Origin: an uncultured Bacilli bacterium
GTDB lineage: Bacteria; Bacillota_I; Bacilli_A; RF39; UBA660
Direction of reading: 5' to 3'
Assembly: GCA_944358415.1 (NCBI GenBank)
Contig: CALVRA010000005.1
Location: forward strand, 6,778 to 70,777
DNA: 64,000 nucleotides
Part shown: in pieces, positions 26,357 through 35,116 of the stretch
How the letters are laid out: the number at the start of each line of letters is the position of its first letter
Position numbering within the stretch: position 1 is the first letter of the stretch
Notes under the pieces: model-generated
What the model was told of the DNA's origin: nothing
Seen by the model: only the letters and a program-made list of their open reading frames with translations
The model's database searches: none
Made by a program: the position numbers and the translations under genes

Positions 26357-26678
26357 TAGGAATGAAAATGATCCTTTGACATTTAATATGGGTGATATGG
26401 ATTTTTTTGTTTCATTTGATAATATAGATAAAAAAGTTAAGTTAGATGAGAAAAGTTTGATTTTACTAAAGGAGGCTATTAATGGAAATAAGAGACTTTC
26501 TTTGAGTAAAAAGATGATTTTAGCTGGTGAATATGAGGTTTTACTTAATAGTAGTTTAGAGGTTAATGAATTATGGGTTAAAGCTTTTGATAAACTTACA
26601 GAAAATAAGTTTATTGAAAAAGATGGTAAAGATTATGTAGTTACTTCTAAGGGCTTTGAATATTATGAAAGTCTTTAG
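26334..26678 (+). CDS. Hypothetical soluble protein inserted between the kinase and ABC genes
   Basis: Strong RBS AGGAGGAG lies 4 nt before the ATG. Overlaps the kinase 3' end by 23 nt. No TM segment. The C-terminus ...FIEKDGKDYVVTSKGFEYY resembles a winged-helix wing. Confidence 0.65.
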   Translation: MGLKVKSNRNENDPLTFNMGDMDFFVSFDNIDKKVKLDEKSLILLKEAINGNKRLSLSKKMILAGEYEVLLNSSLEVNELWVKAFDKLTENKFIEKDGKDYVVTSKGFEYYESL

Positions 26679-26687
26679 AAGTTTTTT

Positions 26688-26703
26688 CTTACAAAATTGT
26701 AAG
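26688..26703. promoter_or_regulatory. Perfect 16-bp palindrome, candidate response-regulator binding site
   Basis: CTTACAAAATTGTAAG is centred about 50 nt upstream of the TATAAT at 26746-26751 that precedes the ABC ATPase gene. Confidence 0.5.
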
Positions 26704-26769
26704 GTAATGTAAGGAATTTAAATTGTTTTAATTTTTTCCCTTTAGTATAATGAGAGCGAGGTGAGAAAA

Positions 26770-27534
26770 ATGGAAATTTTAAAGGTTTCAAATGCGTGTA
26801 AATATTATGGCAGTAGGTCTAATTTGACTAAGGCTATCGATAATATTTCTTTTGATGTTTTAAAAGGAGAGTTTGTGGCAATTATGGGAGCTTCAGGTTC
26901 TGGTAAGACGACACTTTTAAACTGTATTTCAACGATTGATAAAGTAACTAGTGGACATATTTTAATTAATGGGACTGATGTTACAGAACTTAGAGGTGAG
27001 AAGTTAAATAAGTTTAGAAGAGAAGATTTAGGTTTTATTTTTCAAGATTTTAATTTACTTGATACTTTGACTGGTTACGAGAATATTGCTTTAGCTTTGA
27101 CGATTTTGGGTAAGAAGCCTAAGGAAATTGATGAAAAGATTAAGGAAGCCGCTAAAACACTTAATATTGGGAAGATTTTGAATAAATATCCTTATCAGAT
27201 GAGCGGTGGTGAGAAGCAAAGAGTGGCAGCTGCTAGAGCTATGATTGCAAAACCTAAACTTATTTTAGCTGATGAGCCAACTGGAGCTTTGGATAGTAAA
27301 AGTAGTAGAATGCTTTTGGAAAAGTTAGGAGAGCTTAATAAGGAACTTATGGCGACAATTTTAATGGTTACACATGATGCTTTCGCAGCTAGTTATGCCT
27401 CTAGGGTGATTTTTATTAAGGATGGAAAGGTTTTTAATGAACTTATTAGAGGAAGTGATTCTAGGAAAGAGTTTTTTGATAGGATTATCGATGTGGTGAC
27501 TTTACTTGGAGGGGATATGAATGATGCTCTTTAA
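26770..27534 (+). CDS. ABC transporter ATP-binding protein (BceA/MacB-type)
   Basis: GASGSGKTT, LSGGEKQRVAAARA, ILADEPTGALD. ATG at 26770 follows GAGGTGA. Confidence 0.9.
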   Translation: MEILKVSNACKYYGSRSNLTKAIDNISFDVLKGEFVAIMGASGSGKTTLLNCISTIDKVTSGHILINGTDVTELRGEKLNKFRREDLGFIFQDFNLLDTLTGYENIALALTILGKKPKEIDEKIKEAAKTLNIGKILNKYPYQMSGGEKQRVAAARAMIAKPKLILADEPTGALDSKSSRMLLEKLGELNKELMATILMVTHDAFAASYASRVIFIKDGKVFNELIRGSDSRKEFFDRIIDVVTLLGGDMNDAL

Positions 27535-29506
27535 GTTATCTATTAAAAATATTAAAAAAAGTTTTAAGGATTATGCAATATATTTTTTAACTTTGGTTTT
27601 AGGTGTAGCTATTTTCTATGTGTTTAATGCGATAGATAGTCAAGAGGCAATGCTTCAATTAAATGAGACTGAGAAAGATATTATTAGACTGATGAATGAG
27701 TTTTTAGGTGGAGTATCTATTTTGGTGGCTATTATTTTGGGCTTTCTTATTATATATGCTTCTATGTTTTTGATTAAAAGAAGAAAAAAGGAGTTTGGTA
27801 TTTATCTTACTTTAGGTATGGGTAAAAGACAGGTTTCTAAAATTCTTTTGATGGAGACATTTATTATCGGTTTGATTTCTTTAATTGTCGGTTTAGGTCT
27901 TGGAATTATTGCATCTCAGTTTATGAGTATTGTGGTGGCTAAATTATTTGAAGCGGATATGTCGCGGTTTGAGTTTGTATTTTCTTTTGCTTCTTTGATG
28001 AAAACGGTTATTTATTATGGAATTATTTATTTAACTTTAATGATTTTTAATGTGTTTGCAATTACGAGATATAAGTTAATTGATTTACTTACAGCTTTTA
28101 AAAAAGGCGAAAAAGTAAAGATTCGCAGTTTATCTTTATCAGTTATTATATTTTTAATATCTATTATTATTTTAGGTTATGCTTATTATTTAGCAACCAA
28201 CAGGCTTGATAGTTTAGATTTGTTTGGATTTGCGATAATTCTTGGAATTATTGGTACATTTTTATTTTTCTTTGGAATTTCTGGCTTTATTTTAAAGCTT
28301 GTTCAGAGTAATAAAAAGATATATTTAAAGGGATTAAATATATTTAATTTAAGACAGATTAATAGTCAAGTAAATACGGCAGTGTTTTCGATGAGTATTA
28401 TTTGTTTACTTTTGTTTTTTACAATTACGATTTTTTCGTCAGCTTGGAGTATTAATGTCAGTTTAAAAAATGATTTAGTTTATGGAACACCAGTAGATGT
28501 ACTTATTGCATCTTATGCGGAGGATGTAAAAGATGTAAAATCGGATATTTTAGATGAGGTAGGTTATAGTGTAGATAATTTTAGTGGTTATGTAGAGGGT
28601 AATACTTATGGGTTTGAAGGTGTGACTGTTGGCGTTTTACTTAAACCTATTTTAGAAGATGCTTTAAAGGATTATCCTAATTTATTAGTTGACAATTATT
28701 TACCAGTGATGAAGATTAGTGATTATAATAGGTTCGCTTCATTTTATGGAAGAGACACTTATACTTTAGATGATGATGAATTTATTTTGATTGCAGATTA
28801 TGCCCAGATGTTAGAAATTTATAATAAGGCTTTAGAAAAAGGTGTGATATTTAAAATAGGAGATAAGGAATATCATAATAAGTATGATGAATATAAAGAG
28901 GGTTTACTTAGTATGAGTGGAAGCAAAAGTAATGCAGGTATTATTGTGGTTCCAGATAATATAGATACTTCTTCTTATGCGACTTTACGCAGCTATTTGG
29001 CTGGAAATTATAAGGGAGATAAAGAGAAAGCTGAGGAAAAATTTATAAAATATAGGGATGATTTAAGTTCGCTTGGAGCAGTAAGTGATACTAAGTTAGA
29101 TATTTATTCGGCAAGTACTGGTTTAAGAGCAATAATGATATTTATTGGACTTTATTTAGGCATTATATTTTTGATTTCATCGGCTTGTATATTAGCTTTA
29201 AAAGAGCTTTCTGATAGTAGTGATAATAAGGAAAAGTATGGAATGCTTAAGAGAATTGGAGTTAGTGATAAAAGTTTAGATAGAGCTTTATTTGTTCAAG
29301 AGGGAATATTTTTTATGTTTCCACTTCTGGTAGCTATTATTCATTCGGTTTTTGGAATTATGTGTGCGAATATAATTTTGGAAAGTATGAGTGTGAAGGC
29401 AAATATGGAGTCTATTTTGATAACTGCTTTATTTATTATTTTGATTTATGGTGGCTATTTCTTAGTTACTTATATAACAAGCAAACGAATTATAAATGAA
29501 AGATAA
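27521..29506 (+). CDS. FtsX-family ABC permease (BceB-like, about 10 TM with a large extracellular domain)
   Basis: 661 aa. FtsX-type hydrophobic blocks at both ends flank a roughly 200-aa soluble domain. Confidence 0.85.
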   Translation: MMLFKLSIKNIKKSFKDYAIYFLTLVLGVAIFYVFNAIDSQEAMLQLNETEKDIIRLMNEFLGGVSILVAIILGFLIIYASMFLIKRRKKEFGIYLTLGMGKRQVSKILLMETFIIGLISLIVGLGLGIIASQFMSIVVAKLFEADMSRFEFVFSFASLMKTVIYYGIIYLTLMIFNVFAITRYKLIDLLTAFKKGEKVKIRSLSLSVIIFLISIIILGYAYYLATNRLDSLDLFGFAIILGIIGTFLFFFGISGFILKLVQSNKKIYLKGLNIFNLRQINSQVNTAVFSMSIICLLLFFTITIFSSAWSINVSLKNDLVYGTPVDVLIASYAEDVKDVKSDILDEVGYSVDNFSGYVEGNTYGFEGVTVGVLLKPILEDALKDYPNLLVDNYLPVMKISDYNRFASFYGRDTYTLDDDEFILIADYAQMLEIYNKALEKGVIFKIGDKEYHNKYDEYKEGLLSMSGSKSNAGIIVVPDNIDTSSYATLRSYLAGNYKGDKEKAEEKFIKYRDDLSSLGAVSDTKLDIYSASTGLRAIMIFIGLYLGIIFLISSACILALKELSDSSDNKEKYGMLKRIGVSDKSLDRALFVQEGIFFMFPLLVAIIHSVFGIMCANIILESMSVKANMESILITALFIILIYGGYFLVTYITSKRIINER

Positions 29507-29527
29507 ACGAAATTTTTTCGTTTTTTT
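29505..29527 (+). terminator. Rho-independent terminator
   Basis: AAACGAAA-ttt-TTTCGTTT followed by T-rich tracts. Confidence 0.7.
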
Positions 29528-30232
29528 CGTTTTTTTTCGTTTTGAAAAAGGAAATCATTAGAAAATATTGTATGTTATATATAGAGAGTAATTTTAATAA
29601 TTATTGTGATTATTTGTGATTTTAATTTGAAATTGCAAACGTAGGTAATATGACTAGAAGTCTACTAAAAAATAGAGAGGCTTTGATATAATGAATGAAA
29701 TTATTAATAAAGATAAAGTAAATATAGAAAATTTAATTTATGAAATAAGGGGTAAACAAGTGATGATTGACAGTGAAATATCTGCAACCAAATGTCACGG
29801 AATAATTTACTAGACTTAGTTACTTTTGAATACTTAAGCAAAAATATAATATTATCAATATTAAATTGATGTGTGCGTTCTAATATTATATGTAAAATAA
29901 GTTTTTAAATTATTAGGTAAGGTAATAAAAATAATAGATTAGTAGCTTGAGATATGTTTAATTACATATCTTTTTTGCCTGTTTTAAATAAGATATTAAT
30001 GGCGAGTAAAGATATGTTGGAATTTTAACTGATATAGAAATAAATTTTCTTAATGGTAAAATAGTAAAATTTAAGCGATAAGCAATTTTAAGGTAATAAG
30101 ATTTATTCATTGCAAAACAAGAAATTGCTTCTTATGCAAAAGGAAATTTATCTCCTTTTAGTTATAAATTTTTGAAAGAGTTTTATATTTAGTATGTAAA
30201 GTTTGAATGTCTAAAAATTTGTGCACAATTAG

Positions 30233-30261
30233 TTGACATGATCTTAAAAAAATGATATATT
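30233..30261 (+). promoter_or_regulatory. Near-consensus sigma-A promoter inside the inserted element
   Basis: TTGACA, 17-nt spacer, TATATT. Preceded by the 10-bp palindrome TTGTGCACAA (30219-30228). Confidence 0.6.
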
Positions 30262-30267
30262 ACTAGT

Positions 30268-30335
30268 GATTGGTACTTAGAAAACTTTCGAAGCTCTAAG
30301 TCGTCAGACCTCTATACAGCGTATAGGGGTTTTTG
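30268..30335 (+). ncRNA. Candidate small RNA (about 70 nt), unknown class
   Basis: Hairpin CTTAGA...TCTAAG, then terminator CCTCTATAC-agc-GTATAGGGG plus T5 (30309-30334). No RBS and no ORF longer than 9 codons. Confidence 0.4.
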
Positions 30336-30827
30336 AGTGTTTGTTTTTTAATATAAATATATTTGTAAACTAGGAAATAATTTAATAGAATTTTAAGGTG
30401 GCATTTGGTAACAGCAAGTGATTTGGCCAAATTATATCATGTTGAAACAAAAAGAATTAATGGAGCTGTAAAAATGATCCAGAAAAATTTCCGGAAAGAT
30501 TTAGTTTTATTCTAATGGAAATGGAGATGAATAGTTTGAGGTCAAATTTTTCGACCTCAAACATAAATACTCGTGGTGGGCGTAGATATTCTATTAGAGT
30601 ATTTACAGAGCAAGGCGTGGCAATGCTTGCAACAATATTAAAGTCTAAAATAGCTATTGGTGTGAGTATTGTTATTATGGATGCATTTGTAGATATGAAA
30701 AAATATATTTCATCTAATTTGATTAGATAGTATTATGGATTAGAAAATTATGATAAAATTTTGAAAAATTAGATAAAAAGAAGGAATTTTGATAAAAAAA
30801 TCGTATGTTTATATATGAGGTGGTAAA

Positions 30828-30965
30828 ATGCGATTAATTAAACAAAATTCTTTTATTATGATTTTGTTAGCTAATTTTGGAATTAGTTATAAAATTATAA
30901 AGGGTAAGAAAAAAATCACAGGTTTATATAAAAGAATTAAATTAGGTAAGATATTTGACTTATAA
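30828..30965 (+). CDS. Possible small cationic/hydrophobic peptide (45 aa)
   Basis: Below the ORF-track cutoff. AGGTGG lies 4 nt before the ATG. Product MRLIKQNSFIMILLANFGISYKIIKGKKKITGLYKRIKLGKIFDL. Confidence 0.25.
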   Translation: MRLIKQNSFIMILLANFGISYKIIKGKKKITGLYKRIKLGKIFDL

Positions 30966-31009
30966 ATAGGGCTTTGTTACAATCTACTATAGAAAAGGAG
31001 GGTTGTTTA

Positions 31010-31723
31010 ATGACGCCACATAATAGTGCAGAAAAAGGTGAGATTGCTAAAACAGTTATTATGCCAGGAGATCCTTTAAGAGCAAAGTATATTGCGGAAA
31101 AGTATTTGACTGATTATAAATTAGTTAATGATGTTAGAGGAATGTATGCTTATACAGGTTTATATAATGGTAAAAAAATTACTGTGATGGCTCATGGTAT
31201 GGGTATGCCTAGTATGGGAATATATGCTTATGAACTTTATAAGTTCTATGATGTAGATGAGATTATTAGAATAGGTTCATGTGGAGCTTATTTAGAAGAA
31301 ATGAAATTGTTTGATATTATTTTAGCCACTTCTGTTTATACGGAAAGCAGTTTTGCTTTAACTTTAAACAATGATTTATGTCATGTTGCTTATAGTGATG
31401 AGGATTTAAATATTAAAATTGGAAAAGTGGCTTATCAAAATGGTATAAAATTATACCGTGGAATGACAGCTTGTTTAGATTGTTTTGATGTTTATATGAC
31501 TGATATAAGTAAGTTTTTTGATAGGATGCCTAAAGGAGTAAAACCGATTGCGGCTGAAATGGAAGCTTTTGCTTTATTTTATATAGCTAAAATGCTTGGT
31601 AAGAAAGCGGCTTGTTTGATGAGTGTAGTTGATTCTAAGTATATTAAGGAAGTGGCTACATCAGAAGAAAGAGAGCAAGGTTTAGATAAAATGATAAAGT
31701 TAGCCTTAGATGCGGCTATATAA
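31010..31723 (+). CDS. deoD: Purine nucleoside phosphorylase, DeoD type
   Basis: MTPHNSAEKGEIAKTVIMPGDPLRAKYIAE...GMGMPSMGIYAYEL...AAEMEAFALF... Promoter TTGACT-17-TACAAT at 30955-30983. Confidence 0.9.
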   Translation: MTPHNSAEKGEIAKTVIMPGDPLRAKYIAEKYLTDYKLVNDVRGMYAYTGLYNGKKITVMAHGMGMPSMGIYAYELYKFYDVDEIIRIGSCGAYLEEMKLFDIILATSVYTESSFALTLNNDLCHVAYSDEDLNIKIGKVAYQNGIKLYRGMTACLDCFDVYMTDISKFFDRMPKGVKPIAAEMEAFALFYIAKMLGKKAACLMSVVDSKYIKEVATSEEREQGLDKMIKLALDAAI

Positions 31724-31759
31724 CTAAATTTTTTGGACATAATAATGACGAGGTGTAAT

Positions 31760-33019
31760 ATGGAATTTTATAATTATAATATTAATGGTTTTGATTTACA
31801 TGTTATAAAAACTAAACGTTTTAAAACTGTTTTTTATAACGTTAATTTAAGATTTGATGATGCAAAAGAAAACGAAAAATATATTTCTTTACTTAGTAGA
31901 TTATTATTGCAGACGAGTAGTAAATATGATAGTGTAAGGGAAATTAATGCTTTTTGTGCGAGTATTTATGATCCTTCTTATAATGTTAAAGTGTTAGAGA
32001 GTGGTTCACAAAACATTTTAACTTTGACAGCTAGTTTTGCGAATGAAAAATACACTGAAAAAGGTATGAACAAGAAAAATTTTGAATTTTTATCAGAGGT
32101 TTTATTTGAACCAAAAATTGTTTCTGAAGCTTTTGACGAGAAAGTTTTTGAAGTTCAAAAAGAAAAGGTTGCCGAGTATTATAAAACTATGCGAGATAAA
32201 CCACAACATTATGCGAGTAGCAGATTATCTGAAGAAATGCAGGTTAAAAAATATAAAGCATATACATTAGAAGAATTGATTGAAGGTATTGAGAAACTTA
32301 GTGCGAAAGATCTTTATAAATTTTATAAAAAAATTATGGATACTAGCAAACTTGATGTATTTGTGTGTGGGGATGTTGATCCGATAGAAATACGTGATAT
32401 GTTAAGTTCAATTATCAATTTTAAAGGTTCTACTAATGGGAATATAGAGCATTATGTTAAACAAGTTAGTTATAATAAAGAACCTAAGGTGATTGTGGAA
32501 TCTGCAAGTAATGCTCAAAGTAATTTAATTATTGGGTGTAAGCTTTTAGATTTAACAAATTTTGAAAGACAATATGTATTTGTTTTATATTCATGGATTT
32601 TAGGTGGAGGAATGAATTCTCTTTTAACGCAAACAGTTAGGGAAAAAAATTCTTTGTGCTATTACATATATGCAATAAGGCATAATTTGTTTGATGTAAT
32701 GAAGATTTATGCTGGAATTGATTGCGATGAGTTTGATAAGACTTATAAGCTTGTTTGTGAAGATATGGAAAATATGAAAAAAGGTAATTTTTCTGATGAA
32801 CTTTTTGAGGGAGTTAAAGAGATATACTATAATTCATTGGTGAAAATTGATGATTCACAAAGTGATTTAGTGGGAAATTATACGTCAGAGGTATTTATTG
32901 GTAATGATAGTATAGAAAAAAGAAAAGAGCAGATGAGTAAAGTTACAAAAGAAGATGTTATGAAACTTGCTGAAAAGGTTCATATTGATACAGTATATTT
33001 ATTAAAGGGAGAAAGGTAA
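31760..33019 (+). CDS. M16-family peptidase-like protein without the HxxEH motif (non-catalytic partner, YmfF-like)
   Basis: M16 fold length and pairing with the next gene. No HxxEH motif seen. Confidence 0.7.
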   Translation: MEFYNYNINGFDLHVIKTKRFKTVFYNVNLRFDDAKENEKYISLLSRLLLQTSSKYDSVREINAFCASIYDPSYNVKVLESGSQNILTLTASFANEKYTEKGMNKKNFEFLSEVLFEPKIVSEAFDEKVFEVQKEKVAEYYKTMRDKPQHYASSRLSEEMQVKKYKAYTLEELIEGIEKLSAKDLYKFYKKIMDTSKLDVFVCGDVDPIEIRDMLSSIINFKGSTNGNIEHYVKQVSYNKEPKVIVESASNAQSNLIIGCKLLDLTNFERQYVFVLYSWILGGGMNSLLTQTVREKNSLCYYIYAIRHNLFDVMKIYAGIDCDEFDKTYKLVCEDMENMKKGNFSDELFEGVKEIYYNSLVKIDDSQSDLVGNYTSEVFIGNDSIEKRKEQMSKVTKEDVMKLAEKVHIDTVYLLKGER

Positions 33020-33020
33020 T

Positions 33021-34310
33021 ATGCAAAAGAAAAATTATAATGGTTTAGATTTAACAGTATATGAAGATGTTTTAGATAATGGGCTTAAAGTTTATATTGC
33101 GCCAATACCAAGACATACAATTCATGCTCGTGTTACTACTTTTTTCGGCGGTTCTGTTTTAGAGTTTAAAATGGATGGTGATAAAAAGTTTACTAAAGTT
33201 CCTGGTGGAGTAGCTCATTTTTTGGAACACAAAATGTTTGAGAAAGAAGATGGTAAAGACCCTTTAGCAGTTTATGAAAATAATGGGGCTATTGGAAATG
33301 CTTTTACTAATGAATTTATAACGGCTTATCATTTTACGGGAGCTGGACATTTTTTCTCTAATTTAGAAACATTACTTTCTTGTGTTCATGAGCCTTATTT
33401 TACTGATGAGAATGTTTTAAAAGAAAAGGGCATTATTTTTCAAGAAAAAAAACAAGATTTAGATAATCCGTTTTCGATAGTTTATGATAGGTGTTTGACA
33501 AATACATTTTATAATTTAGATTTTAAAAATACAGTTTTAGGCAGTTTAGAAGATATTAGTTCAATAACAAAAGAGGATTTATATAATTGTTATAATACTT
33601 TTTATCATCCAAGTAATATGGCATTAACTATTAGTGGTGATGTCGACCCTTCAGAAATTATGAGTTTTCTTAAAAAATTTTATAAGAGATATGATTTTAA
33701 GAAAAGACCAAAGGTAGAGATTAAAAAGAAAGATGAGCCTGCTGAAGTTGTTAAGGAAAAAGATATTATTTATATGGATAGTTTATCTAAAGAAGTTATT
33801 ATTTGTTATAAGGTGAAAAAGCCTGATTATATTAGTGATGAATATTTAAATAGAATATATTTTTCTTTGTTATTAGAGTTAAAGTTTGGGTCAATTTCTC
33901 CTTCAGTTGATGTGTTTGCTCATGATACTAATGTAATTTCTTCTGTTTCATCTTATATGGAACCAGTTGATGATTATTATATAATAATATTTAATGTGAC
34001 TTTGAAAGATGAGGTAGATGGATTTATTAATTTAATTGATAATCAAATTAAAGATATGAAATTTAATGAAGAGGATTTTAATTTGATAAAAAAAGCTATT
34101 TTAAATTCAGTGATTTTGTCAACTGAGAATGCAACAGAAATTTGTTCAATGATAGCTAATCAAGTGTATTTTTATGATAAACCAATTTATGATATGTATG
34201 ATAAACTTAAAGGGCTTAATTTTGAAGAATTTAAAAAAGCGGTTTCTGGTATTGATTTAAGTAACCGTAGTGTTGTTATTTTAGATAGTAAAACTAAGAA
34301 GCAAGATTAA
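33021..34310 (+). CDS. M16-family zinc peptidase (YmfH-like)
   Basis: Zinc motif HFLEHKMFE. Starts 1 nt after the previous stop. Confidence 0.8.
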   Translation: MQKKNYNGLDLTVYEDVLDNGLKVYIAPIPRHTIHARVTTFFGGSVLEFKMDGDKKFTKVPGGVAHFLEHKMFEKEDGKDPLAVYENNGAIGNAFTNEFITAYHFTGAGHFFSNLETLLSCVHEPYFTDENVLKEKGIIFQEKKQDLDNPFSIVYDRCLTNTFYNLDFKNTVLGSLEDISSITKEDLYNCYNTFYHPSNMALTISGDVDPSEIMSFLKKFYKRYDFKKRPKVEIKKKDEPAEVVKEKDIIYMDSLSKEVIICYKVKKPDYISDEYLNRIYFSLLLELKFGSISPSVDVFAHDTNVISSVSSYMEPVDDYYIIIFNVTLKDEVDGFINLIDNQIKDMKFNEEDFNLIKKAILNSVILSTENATEICSMIANQVYFYDKPIYDMYDKLKGLNFEEFKKAVSGIDLSNRSVVILDSKTKKQD

Positions 34311-34878
34311 TTGACTTCTTAGTTTTTATTGTACATATTTTTTTTATTTCGTTTTCAATTTTTTGGAAATGTTTTGTTTCGATATGAAAAGTATAAATGA
34401 CGTTGGTTTGAAACTCTTTTTTAATATTTATGTCTTTCAATAGGTAATTAATTTGTTTTATATTTTTATAAGGAAATTCAATAGTGATGGTATAGCCATC
34501 TATGATATTAGATATTGTAGTTTTTTTTAAAGCTTCACTAGTACTAGAACTATAGGCTCTAATCAGGCCTCCGGCACCTAATTTAATGCCACCAAAATAT
34601 CTAATGACAACACAGAGAATATTAGTTAGATTGTTTTGTTTTAAAACATTTAAAATAGGGATACCAGCAGTTCCACTTGGTTCATTATCGTCTGAACATT
34701 TTTCTTTATTATCTATGATATAAGCATAACAATAATGGGTGGCATCTTTGTATGTTTTTTTTATATTTGACAATTTTTCGGCAATTTCATTTATGTTATT
34801 TATTTTTTCAATTACAGTAATGAATTTTGATTTGTTGATAATTATTTCATTTTTAATATTTTCTTTAATTGTTTTCAT
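34294..34878 (-). CDS. yigZ: YigZ/IMPACT-family protein
   Basis: ...KFITVI...DATHYCYAY...DDNEPSGTAGIPIL...VVIRYFGGIKLGAGGLIRAY... Confidence 0.85.
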   Translation of the reverse strand: MKTIKENIKNEIIINKSKFITVIEKINNINEIAEKLSNIKKTYKDATHYCYAYIIDNKEKCSDDNEPSGTAGIPILNVLKQNNLTNILCVVIRYFGGIKLGAGGLIRAYSSSTSEALKKTTISNIIDGYTITIEFPYKNIKQINYLLKDINIKKEFQTNVIYTFHIETKHFQKIENEIKKICTIKTKKSINLAS

Positions 34879-35116
34879 ATTTTTCACCAATTAGTTATAA
34901 AATTTTATTTTTAAATATTTGATAGTTTTTAGAATTTATTTTTATCAAATATTCTAAGAAATATTAGTAATAAAATCCTGTAAATTATTTTTTAAATATT
35001 ATATATATAATTTATTAAAAAGTCAAAAGTGTCATTTTGAATTTAATATATGTTTTAATAAAAAATCTTGCTAAAATATTGATATTTCATTATAATTACT
35101 TATGAGGTGAGGAGTT

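Larger units (their letters stand above)
29777..30416. mobile_element. Non-autonomous (MITE-like) insertion with imperfect terminal inverted repeats and a 5-bp target duplication
   Basis: AGTGA occurs at 29772-29776 and 30417-30421. The ends share the core ACCAAATG-N-CAC (29787-29798; reverse complement at 30398-30409). No intact ORF inside. Confidence 0.65.
29691..30730 (+). pseudogene. ORF6N/KilA-N-type (phage antirepressor-like) gene, split by a 640-bp insertion and a 1-nt deletion
   Basis: 5' part ...IENLIYEIRGKQVMIDS. 3' part DLAKLYHVETKRINGAVK / NDPEKFPERF...GGRRYSIRVFTEQGVAMLATILKS... An A5 run at 30470-30474 causes a frameshift. Confidence 0.75.

Noticed and set aside
29513-29545. 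Threefold TTTTTTCG-like tandem repeat
   Set aside because: This is low-complexity T-rich sequence that forms the tail of the permease gene terminator. I see no sign of a functional repeat.
34891-35116. Expected SOS (LexA/Cheo) box upstream of uvrC
   Set aside because: I searched by eye for GAAC-N4-GTTC-like motifs and found none. No regulatory call is made beyond the inverted repeat noted in the findings.
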